Of a DNA stretch of 29,077 bases, positions 7,137-14,271 are shown one piece after another. Source of the DNA: Candidatus Woesearchaeota archaeon. GTDB lineage: Archaea > Nanobdellota > Nanobdellia > Pacearchaeales > UBA284. How positions within the stretch are numbered: the first letter of the stretch is position 1; the number at the start of each line of letters is the position of its first letter. The position numbers and the translations under genes were made by a program. Where the stretch lies: contig CAZCMN010000013.1 in assembly GCA_964500015.1 (NCBI GenBank), forward strand, positions 1 to 29,077, in the 5' to 3' direction. A model generated the notes under the pieces. That model did no database searches. It saw only the letters and a list, made by a program, of their open reading frames with translations, and was not told the origin of the DNA.

Positions 7137-8357
7137 TAGTGGAAATTTTGACGTTAAATTCAAAACCTGTTTTTTGATTTCGTTTAATTTTAAAGGGTCA
7201 TTTTTGTTTTTAATTGTTTCTGAAATTAAATTAGCTATGATTTTCATTTCTTCTTCTTTCATGCCTCTTGTAGTTATTGCTGGTGTTCCTAGTCTGATTC
7301 CTGAAGGATCAAATGGACTTTTTTTATCAAATGGAATCATATTCTTATTTACTGTTATTCCTATGCTGTCTAGTAATTTTTCAGCTTCTTTTCCAGGAAT
7401 ATTTTTATTTGTCAAATCTATAAGAATAAGATGTGTGTCTGTTCCTCCGGAAACTAAACGAAATTCATATTTCTTTAGTTCATTAGCTAAGGTTTTTGCA
7501 TTTTTTACAACTTGGTGGATATAATCTTTGAATTCTAGGGTTGAGGCTTCTTTAAGTGCAACTGCTTTAGCTGCATTAACATGATTGTGCGGACCGCCCT
7601 GCATGCCTGGAAAAACAGCCCTATCAATATCTTTTGCAAATTTTTCTTTGCATAAAATCATCGCACCCCTTGGGCCTCTTAATGTTTTATGGGTTGTTGT
7701 TGTAACTATATCTGTAAAGGGAAATGGACTTTGATGGATTCCGGCAACAATCAAGCCAGCTATATGCGAAATATCTGCAAAACTTATAGCGTTTATTGAT
7801 TCTGAAATTTCGTGAATTTTCTTAAAATCAATTTCTCTTGGATAAGCTGATGCTCCTGAGACAATCATCTTAGGTTTTTCTCTTTCTGCAATTTCCTTTA
7901 TTTTTTCATAATCTAATAATTCTGTTTTTTCATCAACACCATATTGAACAAAATTGAAAACTTTTCCTGAAAAATTAATTGGATGTCCATGAGTTAAATG
8001 ACCGCCATGAGCTAAGTTCATTCCCATGACTTTATCTCCTGGATTTAAGAAGGCAAAATAAACTGCTAGATTAGCTGGGCTTCCAGAATAAGGCTGAACA
8101 TTAACATGTTCTGCATTAAAAAGCTCTTTTGCTCTTTTTATTGCTAAGTCTTCTGCTTCATCAATAAATTCATTTCCACCATAGTATCTTTTATGAGAAT
8201 AACCTTCAGAATATTTATTTGTCAAGACAGATCCTAGTGCTTCAAGAACGGCTAAACTTGTGAAATTTTCAGAAGGAATTAATTCCAGGACATTCTGCTG
8301 TCGTTTAATTTCTTTTTGAATTATTGCATAAATTTCAGGATCAATTTTTTGTAACAT
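7095..8357 (-). CDS. glyA: serine hydroxymethyltransferase
   Basis: The SHMT PLP-lysine signature [13 protein letters not shown] is present, with N-terminal [11 protein letters not shown] and YSEGYPxKRYYGG-type motifs. Length is 420 aa. Confidence 0.95.
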   Translation of the reverse strand: MLQKIDPEIYAIIQKEIKRQQNVLELIPSENFTSLAVLEALGSVLTNKYSEGYSHKRYYGGNEFIDEAEDLAIKRAKELFNAEHVNVQPYSGSPANLAVYFAFLNPGDKVMGMNLAHGGHLTHGHPINFSGKVFNFVQYGVDEKTELLDYEKIKEIAEREKPKMIVSGASAYPREIDFKKIHEISESINAISFADISHIAGLIVAGIHQSPFPFTDIVTTTTHKTLRGPRGAMILCKEKFAKDIDRAVFPGMQGGPHNHVNAAKAVALKEASTLEFKDYIHQVVKNAKTLANELKKYEFRLVSGGTDTHLILIDLTNKNIPGKEAEKLLDSIGITVNKNMIPFDKKSPFDPSGIRLGTPAITTRGMKEEEMKIIANLISETIKNKNDPLKLNEIKKQVLNLTSKFPLYSEMNDISGMPKN

Positions 8358-8430
8358 TTTTTTGTATGCATTTTAAGTTTAGGTAAGCATAAAATATTTA
8401 TTTCTTGCAGGATCTGCTCAGAGCAAACAA

Positions 8431-8483
8431 TGCTCGAAAAATAGGATTTTTCGGCATGTCAAAATCTGTTCGATTTTAACACG
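8431..8483. repeat. palindromic repeat unit
   Basis: TGCTCGAAAAATAGGATTTTTCGGCATGTCAAAATCTGTTCGATTTTAACACG, 74 nt upstream of the glyA start. An 11-nt palindrome TGCTCAGAGCA lies at 8415-8425. Confidence 0.65.
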
Positions 8484-8527
8484 TTGTCCTGCGCAATTAG
8501 TTTTGATTATTAACTCTTCTTCTCGTT

Positions 8528-9904
8528 TTAAGATTTGTCAACTACTAAATTTTTTCCTAACATTGGATGAACTTCATTAATTAGAGTGTGCATTTTTTGA
8601 GCAATTCTTCTATAAGATATGTGGCCCATTTTTCCACTTCTTAACCTTATAAAATGAAAGACTTCTCTTAAATTCATCTTCATTAAGACTCTTTTTCTGT
8701 AAGCTAAAGGCAAGACATACTGGGCTTCTTTAGGAAACTTTTCTTTCATTTTTTTAAATGTTAGATTCGCTTTTTCCATGCATTCTCGATAGTGTAACCC
8801 AAAACCAGCATCCATAATGTCCTGAGGAACTGAGTAACCATAATCTGGACTTAAGTCTGGGTTAATTTGGGTGCAGATTCTATGCCTTTGAATATCTCTA
8901 AATGCCCCATAATCTACCAAAATATCAAAAATATATTCCGGAATTTCAGTTTCCCTTATTGGAATATCATGTTTTTCTAGCCCTTCAAAAGCAGTGTCAA
9001 TTATTTTTTGTTTTTCTTCTAAAGGCAGAGTTTTAACTTTTTCCATAACCTCTTTGAATGGAAGATTAGAATTTTTGTAAATTATGGTTGAAATAAATTT
9101 TTCTTCTGCTTCAGAATCATAATGAACAAGCTCTATGTCGTTTTCAGATTCTTTTTTCTCTCCTTGAATTATTTTTGATATTTCTTCTAGTTTATTCTGA
9201 TTTTTTTCCATAAATTCAGATTTTTCAGCATGTTTCATCAAGGTTGGAGTTATTTTTGAAGAACATTCTTTTAATTCTTGTCCTATTTCCTGCATTTCTT
9301 TTAATGGATTAGATAAAAGTTTTACAATTGCTCTGCTTAAATTTCTTGCATTTATAGTCATTCCAAGATTTGTAAGACATGCAACTGGAAGCATGTAACG
9401 AATATTATCCAAGACCTTGTTCTTTATTTTCATTGCATAAGCACCATCAGTTTCTTCATCTGATTTTACAAATTTGGTTTTCATGTATTCATTCATTTTT
9501 TCAAATAATTCAGTGTATGTATCAATTAAGAAATCGCAAGTTTCTCTGTATTCTTTTCCTACTTCAGAATTTAGAACATTTTCAGGCAAATAATAGTGTT
9601 CTTTGTCAAAAACCTGGTATCTTGTTGATTTTTCTGTGAAACTTGCTAACCTATTATCTTCAATAACTTTTGTGAATAAAATTGAAACATTTTCTAATGC
9701 TATTGACAAGACAGAGTGTTCTGCTATTGAGCTATGGCCATAATTAATAACCCACTTTTCATGGAATTGTCTTGATTTATCTTCATTTAATTCAGAAGCA
9801 ATCTGGTCAAAAGGTTCAGGAGTTCGTGAGGTTTTTGCAAATGCTACAGCAATAACTTCTGGCGGATAGCCGTTTAGAGTATAAATCCTTCTTTTAGCAG
9901 ACAT
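8528..9904 (-). CDS. thyX: FAD-dependent thymidylate synthase ThyX, tandem two-domain form
   Basis: The N-terminal half has HSSIAEH and RLASFTEKSTRY (the ThyX S-x-x-E-x-S-x-RY part) plus RYMLP...NARNL. The C-terminal half has FRDIQRHRICTQ (RHR motif) and NLREVFHFIRLRSG. Length is 458 aa versus about 220-250 aa for single-domain ThyX. Confidence 0.85.
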   Translation of the reverse strand: MSAKRRIYTLNGYPPEVIAVAFAKTSRTPEPFDQIASELNEDKSRQFHEKWVINYGHSSIAEHSVLSIALENVSILFTKVIEDNRLASFTEKSTRYQVFDKEHYYLPENVLNSEVGKEYRETCDFLIDTYTELFEKMNEYMKTKFVKSDEETDGAYAMKIKNKVLDNIRYMLPVACLTNLGMTINARNLSRAIVKLLSNPLKEMQEIGQELKECSSKITPTLMKHAEKSEFMEKNQNKLEEISKIIQGEKKESENDIELVHYDSEAEEKFISTIIYKNSNLPFKEVMEKVKTLPLEEKQKIIDTAFEGLEKHDIPIRETEIPEYIFDILVDYGAFRDIQRHRICTQINPDLSPDYGYSVPQDIMDAGFGLHYRECMEKANLTFKKMKEKFPKEAQYVLPLAYRKRVLMKMNLREVFHFIRLRSGKMGHISYRRIAQKMHTLINEVHPMLGKNLVVDKS

Positions 9905-9990
9905 TTTCCCTTATCCCTAATTATCGTCTTAAAAACAAATATCTTTATAAATATTCTTGCATCTTAATGTATATTTCTAGAGAAGCATAG

Positions 9991-10000
9991 ATTATAAAAA
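9991..10000 (+). promoter_or_regulatory. candidate TATA box for endoQ (leaderless transcript implied)
   Basis: ATTATAAAAA is centred about 25 nt upstream of ATG 10021, and no Shine-Dalgarno-like GGAG lies between them. Pattern only. Confidence 0.3.
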
Positions 10001-10020
10001 TGCTTTAATTATATTCTTGT

Positions 10021-11232
10021 ATGGAAACAATAGCTGATTTACATATACATTCTAGATTTGCTCGGGCAACTTCACATGATTTAAATTTGGCTAATTTAGA
10101 AAAATGGGCAAGAATAAAAGGGGTTAATTTGTTAGGAACAGGAGATTTTACTCATCCGTTATGGATTAAAGAAATCAAACAGGAATTAGAAGAAGAAAAC
10201 GGAATTTTAAAAACAAAAACCGGATTTCCTTTTGTTTTGCAAGGTGAAATTTCTTTAATGTATTCTCAGGGAGGAAAGGGAAGAAGAGTTCATCTTGTTT
10301 TATTAGCTCCTAGTTTAGAAATTGCTGACCAGATTAATTCTTTTTTACTTAAAAAAGGAAGACTAGATTATGATGGAAGGCCTATTTTTGGAATGAGCTG
10401 TATTGATGCTGTTGAAAATTTAAAAGCAATTTCAGATGATATTGAAATAATTCCAGCACATATCTGGACTCCGTGGTTTGGATTGTTAGGAAGCAAGTCT
10501 GGATTTGATTCTTTTGAAGAAGCTTTTAAAGATCAGGTTAAACATATTTATTCTTTTGAAACAGGAATATCTAGTGATCCTGCAATGAATTGGCGTTTGT
10601 CTAATCTTGATAAATTTTCTATTTTATCTTCTTCAGATTTGCATAGTTACTGGCCTTGGAGACTTGGAAGAGAGAGTAGTATTTTTGATTTTAAAGAATT
10701 AAATTATAAGAATCTGATTAAAGCAATCAGGACAAAAGAGGGATTAAAAGGAACAATTGAAGTAAATCCAGAATATGGAAAATATCATTTTGATGGTCAT
10801 AGGTTTTGTAAATTTTCTTGTTCTCCTGAAGAAAGCAAAAAAAGAAAAAATCTCTGTCCTGTTTGTGGAAAACTATTGACAATTGGTGTTGAAAATAGGG
10901 TTGAAGAATTAGCAGACAGACCTGTTGGTTTTAAAATGTCAGGAGCCAAGCCATTTTATTCTTTGTTGCCTTTACATGAATTGATTTCCATTGTTTTGGG
11001 TGTAAGTGTTTCAACAAAAAAAGTCTGGGAGCATTATAATCCTTTGATAAATAAATTTGGAAATGAGTTTAATGTTTTAATGAATGCTACAGCTGAAGAA
11101 TTGAAAAAAGTTACTGATGAAAAAATTGTTTCTGTAATTTTAAGAAATAGGGAAGGAAAAATAAAAGTTGAGCCAGGATATGATGGAGAATATGGAAAAG
11201 CTGTTTTAGCAGAGCAGAAAAAGTTATTCTAG
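10021..11232 (+). CDS. endoQ: endonuclease Q (EndoQ) family protein, PHP-like N-terminus plus Zn finger
   Basis: ADLHIHSRFARATS, GTGDFTHPLW, PAHIWTPWFG, SSDLHSYWPWRLGRE, GKYHFDGHRFC, CPVCGKLLTIGVENRVEELA and C-terminal PGYDGEYG match the EndoQ pattern as I recall it from Pyrococcus EndoQ. EndoQ cleaves 5' of deaminated bases. Confidence 0.75.
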   Translation: METIADLHIHSRFARATSHDLNLANLEKWARIKGVNLLGTGDFTHPLWIKEIKQELEEENGILKTKTGFPFVLQGEISLMYSQGGKGRRVHLVLLAPSLEIADQINSFLLKKGRLDYDGRPIFGMSCIDAVENLKAISDDIEIIPAHIWTPWFGLLGSKSGFDSFEEAFKDQVKHIYSFETGISSDPAMNWRLSNLDKFSILSSSDLHSYWPWRLGRESSIFDFKELNYKNLIKAIRTKEGLKGTIEVNPEYGKYHFDGHRFCKFSCSPEESKKRKNLCPVCGKLLTIGVENRVEELADRPVGFKMSGAKPFYSLLPLHELISIVLGVSVSTKKVWEHYNPLINKFGNEFNVLMNATAEELKKVTDEKIVSVILRNREGKIKVEPGYDGEYGKAVLAEQKKLF

Positions 11233-11276
11233 ATTTTAGTTAATATTATAAAAACCAAATAATTGGGTTTTTAAGA

Positions 11277-11325
11277 GCCCCCATAGTTTAGCAGATAGAA
11301 CTAATTTTGAACCTCGGTAAAAGTT
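11277..11325 (+). tRNA. interrupted tRNA gene, 5' segment (acceptor 5' strand, D-arm, anticodon-stem 5' strand)
   Basis: GCCCCCA TA GTTT AGCAGATA GAAC T AATTT TGAACCTCGGTAA AAGTT. U8, A9, G10:C25, A14 and A21 are in place. No T-arm or acceptor 3' strand follows locally. The matching 3' strand lies at 12196-12202. Confidence 0.5.
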
Positions 11326-11336
11326 TATAAAGTCGA

Positions 11337-12080
11337 ATGTTCTTTTTATATATGGCCATAAGTATTCAAACAAGAAACAAGTTTATCGCTTTAATAAAAA
11401 AGGGAAAATCTCTCAATGAAATTACAAAAATAACTGGAGTTGGTAAAACAACAGTGTACTATCATATGCGTAAAATCAGGGGTAGAAGAAATAAACCGAT
11501 AACAATTAAAAAAGATAATTTGGAATTGTTAGGAGAAGTTTTAGGATTTTTTGCCGGTGATGGCAGTTTAGTCAATCGGCCGGATAAATGGGATTATAGG
11601 GTAAAATTTTTTTTAAATATAAAAGAGGTTTTGGTAGTCAAAAATTATAATGACTCTATCTCTAGATTTATTGGAAAACCAGCAACCTTATTCAATAGAG
11701 GTTCGATGACAATAATCCAAATTACTTCTAAAGACTTTTGTGAATTTATAAAAGATTATTTAAAATTTGGAAAAAGCAAGACAAAGACAATAGAATTAAA
11801 AAATAAAGATTTATTAAAAAATATTAGATTCACTATTGGATTTATGAAGGGATTAATTGATTCTGATGGATATGTAAGGAAAGATAGAAAGGAGATTTAT
11901 TTTGGTTCAATATCCAGAAAACTGGCAAATGATTTTATCAGTGGACTGAATCTTTTGAGTATACGATTTAAAGAATATATTCAAAAAAGGCAGAATTGTA
12001 ATGATTTTTATAAGATAAGGATTAGTGGTGTAGAAGTAGATAGATTTAATAAAATTATAAAACCTATTAAAGCATCATAA
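11337..12080 (+). CDS. LAGLIDADG-family homing endonuclease with N-terminal helix-turn-helix
   Basis: Two LAGLIDADG motifs (LGFFAGDGSL and IGFMKGLIDSDGYV) are about 100 residues apart. N-terminal HTH is SLNEITKITGVGKTTVYYHMRKI. An alternative start is ATG 11352. Confidence 0.8.
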   Translation: MFFLYMAISIQTRNKFIALIKKGKSLNEITKITGVGKTTVYYHMRKIRGRRNKPITIKKDNLELLGEVLGFFAGDGSLVNRPDKWDYRVKFFLNIKEVLVVKNYNDSISRFIGKPATLFNRGSMTIIQITSKDFCEFIKDYLKFGKSKTKTIELKNKDLLKNIRFTIGFMKGLIDSDGYVRKDRKEIYFGSISRKLANDFISGLNLLSIRFKEYIQKRQNCNDFYKIRISGVEVDRFNKIIKPIKAS

Positions 12081-12086
12081 TGTTAT

Positions 12087-12158
12087 GGGCACGTGGTATA
12101 ATGGATAGTATAAAACCTTGCGGAGGTTTTGATTCAGGTTCGAATCCTGACGCGCCCG
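12087..12158 (+). tRNA. tRNA-Arg(GCG)
   Basis: GGGCACG TG GTAT AATGGATA GTAT A AAACC TTGCGGA GGTTT TGAT TCAGG TTCGAAT CCTGA CGCGCCC G. It forms a 72-nt cloverleaf with a canonical T-loop and G18G19. There is one A5:C68 acceptor mismatch and a wobble-rich D-stem. Confidence 0.8.
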
Positions 12159-12167
12159 TTTTTTAAT

Positions 12168-12203
12168 AAGTTTGTGACCGAGGTGCAATTCCTCGTGGGG
12201 GCG
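12168..12203 (+). tRNA. interrupted tRNA gene, 3' segment (anticodon-stem 3' strand, T-arm, acceptor 3' strand)
   Basis: AAGTT TGTGAC CGAGG TGCAATT CCTCG TGGGGGC G. TGGGGGC is the perfect 7/7 complement of GCCCCCA at 11277-11283. AAGTT pairs with AATTT at 11303-11307 (one G:U). The T-loop is non-canonical (G at position 55). Confidence 0.5.
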
Positions 12204-12224
12204 TTTCGAATCCTGATGTGGGCG
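12204..12224 (+). pseudogene. orphan tRNA 3' fragment (T-loop, T-stem 3' strand, acceptor 3' strand)
   Basis: TTTCGAATCCTGATGTGGGCG shares TTCGAATCCTGA with the tRNA-Arg 3' end (12140-12151) but carries a different acceptor strand (TGTGGGC). No T-stem 5' strand lies upstream. Confidence 0.5.
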
Positions 12225-12225
12225 T

Positions 12226-12972
12226 TTAACCACAACTTGCTAAAACATTTTTTTGTTCTGCTTGTTCTTTGCTTGAAAAACAAACTAAATTTTCTGGCTT
12301 GATTCTTTTAGCATTGTAACATGAACATTTGTGATATTTGTCTGAGTTTTTGCTTGCAACATATAAAGTTCCGGGAGGACAGCCTAAAGAAATGCAAGCA
12401 TCATCTGTAAGGTTAGATGTGGGGGTAAATGTTATATCTGAATTATTAGAGATTGTTTGATTTTCTTCTGAAAATGAATTTTCATTTAATCTAGACCAGA
12501 TGCCGATTCTTTGGCTTATAGCTAGGTTTTCAGCATCTTTTATTTTTTGTTTGTATTTTTCTCCATCATATAATCTTGAGATAGCTAAGCCATTTTGAAT
12601 CTGTTCTAAATTTATCAGGGAATTGTCAAGCCAAATCCATCTTAATGATCTACTATAAACGTCTTTGTCTTCTATATCTGATTCAAGATAAACTTCTTTG
12701 AAAAGAATTCTGTTTTCAATATAATCTTTTGCATCTGAGTAATAAGGTTCACCTCTTTCAGGAGTATCTATTCCTAATAATCTAATTGTTTCTCCGCCTT
12801 GAACAATTACTGTGTCACCATCAACTATTTTTGTTACAATGACTTTTTCAGAATTTTCTAGATTAAATGTATCTTGCGATTCTTGATTTTTTGTGGTTTG
12901 TTGAATTACACAGCCCGATGTCAAGAGAATAATTAGTAAAAGAAGAACCAAAAAAATAACTTCTTTTCTCAT
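12226..12972 (-). CDS. secreted lipoprotein thermonuclease (SNase-like) with Cys-rich C-terminal module
   Basis: Signal peptide plus lipobox LLTSGC. SNase core VDGDTVIVQGGETIRLLGIDTPE...YSRSLRWIW...NGLA. The C-terminal segment is YHKCSCYNAKRIKPENLVCFSSKEQAEQ...C. Confidence 0.8.
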   Translation of the reverse strand: MRKEVIFLVLLLLIILLTSGCVIQQTTKNQESQDTFNLENSEKVIVTKIVDGDTVIVQGGETIRLLGIDTPERGEPYYSDAKDYIENRILFKEVYLESDIEDKDVYSRSLRWIWLDNSLINLEQIQNGLAISRLYDGEKYKQKIKDAENLAISQRIGIWSRLNENSFSEENQTISNNSDITFTPTSNLTDDACISLGCPPGTLYVASKNSDKYHKCSCYNAKRIKPENLVCFSSKEQAEQKNVLASCG

Positions 12973-12973
12973 T

Positions 12974-13396
12974 TTATACCTTCCAAATTTCTTCTACGAA
13001 ATTCTTTCCAAATTTAACAGATGTTACTTCTATTTTCTTATTTAGTGCAGCAAACATCAAATAAGTCATTAAATGCGAAGGAGTGTATTTTTCTTTGATT
13101 AATCTTCTAGAAGAGGGAGCTAGAATTATTTTTTCCATTCTAATTTTTATTTTTTCTCCAAAGTTCTGGACTTTTATTTTTTTTAGGTAACCTACTTTTT
13201 CAAGAAATTTGGCAATTTCTTTAATGTTTTTGAAATCAGAATCGTGTTTTTTGATTAATTTTGATTTGAGCAGTTCACTATAAAATATTTTTCCGGCATT
13301 TTTGAATGACTCATTTGTTTTTTTATTGCCTAATTTTATAGAAAACGATTTGCATACTGAATAATTGAACAAGTCAAAAAATTTATCCTCTATCAT
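12974..13396 (-). CDS. hypothetical protein (co-directional with and 1 nt from the nuclease gene)
   Basis: 140-aa ORF, Lys-rich. No motif recognised. Confidence 0.5.
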   Translation of the reverse strand: MIEDKFFDLFNYSVCKSFSIKLGNKKTNESFKNAGKIFYSELLKSKLIKKHDSDFKNIKEIAKFLEKVGYLKKIKVQNFGEKIKIRMEKIILAPSSRRLIKEKYTPSHLMTYLMFAALNKKIEVTSVKFGKNFVEEIWKV

Positions 13397-13405
13397 TTTT
13401 TCATA

Positions 13406-13477
13406 TGGCTGTGGGGAGAGTTAAACTCCCGACATCTGCCTTATGAGAGCAGCACTCTATCGCTGAGTTACACAGCC
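13406..13477 (-). tRNA. tRNA(CAT): elongator Met or Ile2
   Basis: Minus-strand read: GGCTGTG TA ACTC AGCGATA GAGT G CTGCT CTCATAA GGCAG ATGTC GGGAG TTTAACT CTCCC CACAGCC A. Acceptor is 7 bp. It is not the initiator type (no A1:U72). Met versus agmatidine-modified Ile2 cannot be told from sequence. Confidence 0.8.
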
Positions 13478-13578
13478 AATATTTTGAAACATACTGGATT
13501 TAAAAGGTTTTTTAAAGTAAGTTCTTTCTTTATTTTAGAGGGGATGATTCGACCTCAGCGAATTCTGAGAAAATTAAA

Positions 13579-14226
13579 ATGATTGAATTTGATGAAAGTA
13601 AAGGCAAAATCGAATCGGAGGTAAAAAATATACTTTCCATGCTTTCCCATGTTTCCCCACGAATTGTTAAACCTGCTTCGTTGGATTGTCGAGATCTTTG
13701 GGCAGAAGTGGAGCATGAACCTAGATATGACTGTTTTCCAGTGCAATCTAGAGAGGAACTAGATATCAAAGTCAGAACGTATAATGGGTACATGCTAAAA
13801 TGTCCCTGGGGGACTGATAGAGATTATTTTAGGGCTATTTTTTCGCCGGTTGTTCCAAATGAATCTTTTTTAATACACGGAACAGGTCAAAGGAGGAAAG
13901 TTTTATTTGGAAATCTTCTTGGCGATTTGCGGGCTATATTAAATACAGGGACTGTTGGCGATTTAAGAGAATCGAGACCGATGTATCTTAGAGGTGTAGA
14001 TCTTGAAGTAGAAGATTGTGAACTCAATTTGGGAGGCGGAGGTTATTGGTTACATGTTAATGTAAAAGAACTGTTGAAATGGAGAACACTTTTTTACGAT
14101 CCAGAAGGATTATTTAATCAAAAGGAATTTGGATTAACGTTTATCACTTTTGGTGGAATTCCATTACGTGCTATCATGAAAGTTTCTGGAACAAGTTATT
14201 CAGACAGGCAAGCTAGACACAAGTAA
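13579..14226 (+). CDS. hypothetical protein in a GC-elevated segment
   Basis: 215-aa ORF. Hand-counted 60-nt samples give about 43% GC here (13681-13740, 13801-13860) versus about 25% at 14281-14340. Long antisense shadow ORFs fit the higher GC. No family confidently recognised. Confidence 0.55.
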   Translation: MIEFDESKGKIESEVKNILSMLSHVSPRIVKPASLDCRDLWAEVEHEPRYDCFPVQSREELDIKVRTYNGYMLKCPWGTDRDYFRAIFSPVVPNESFLIHGTGQRRKVLFGNLLGDLRAILNTGTVGDLRESRPMYLRGVDLEVEDCELNLGGGGYWLHVNVKELLKWRTLFYDPEGLFNQKEFGLTFITFGGIPLRAIMKVSGTSYSDRQARHK

Positions 14227-14271
14227 TCTCTAAAGATAAAAATATAAAAACTTGTTTTGAATTGAATTATT

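Larger units (their letters stand above)
11326..12167 (+). mobile_element. insertion separating the two tRNA segments (LAGLIDADG ORF plus tRNA-Arg); boundaries approximate
   Basis: About 840-860 nt lie between the tRNA 5' and 3' segments. The exact junctions are ambiguous because AAGTTT occurs at both edges (11321-11326 and 12168-12173). Confidence 0.4.

Noticed and set aside
6971-7177. 68-aa plus-strand ORF between tmk and glyA.
   Set aside because: It is assembled from two repeat units (6959-7013, 7083-7136) and overlaps the glyA 3' end. Its Phe/Leu-rich composition is typical of translated T-runs.
11308-12167. Group I intron interpretation of the LAGLIDADG-containing insertion in the tRNA.
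   Set aside because: The insertion is almost entirely ORF plus a tRNA, leaving no room for a P1-P9 catalytic core. There is no terminal G / upstream U arrangement at plausible junctions, and the context is archaeal.
12161-12172. Read alone, the 3' tRNA segment gives an anticodon loop TTTTAAT before AAGTT. That is anticodon UUA, an ochre (UAA) suppressor, and would hint at stop-codon reassignment.
   Set aside because: The splice or join point is undefined, so the loop assignment is arbitrary. TAA is also the stop of many well-supported genes here (rpoP, pfdB, dph2, glyA, rpl41e), and no ORF needs read-through.
13530-13793. Two minus-strand ORFs (13530-13793, 13555-13746) in the GC-elevated island.
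   Set aside because: They overlap each other and the longer plus-strand ORF 13579-14226. Open antisense frames are expected when GC rises. The 215-aa plus ORF is the more parsimonious gene, though none has homology support.
13579-14226. Possible Tpt1/KptA-like (ADP-ribosyltransferase-fold) identity of the island ORF, from FLIHGT and WLHVN resembling LYHGT and YVHLS.
   Set aside because: Only two short tripeptide-level resemblances were seen. The N-terminal winged-helix and R-H-R-R catalytic tetrad context could not be found by eye. This is too weak to call without a profile search.
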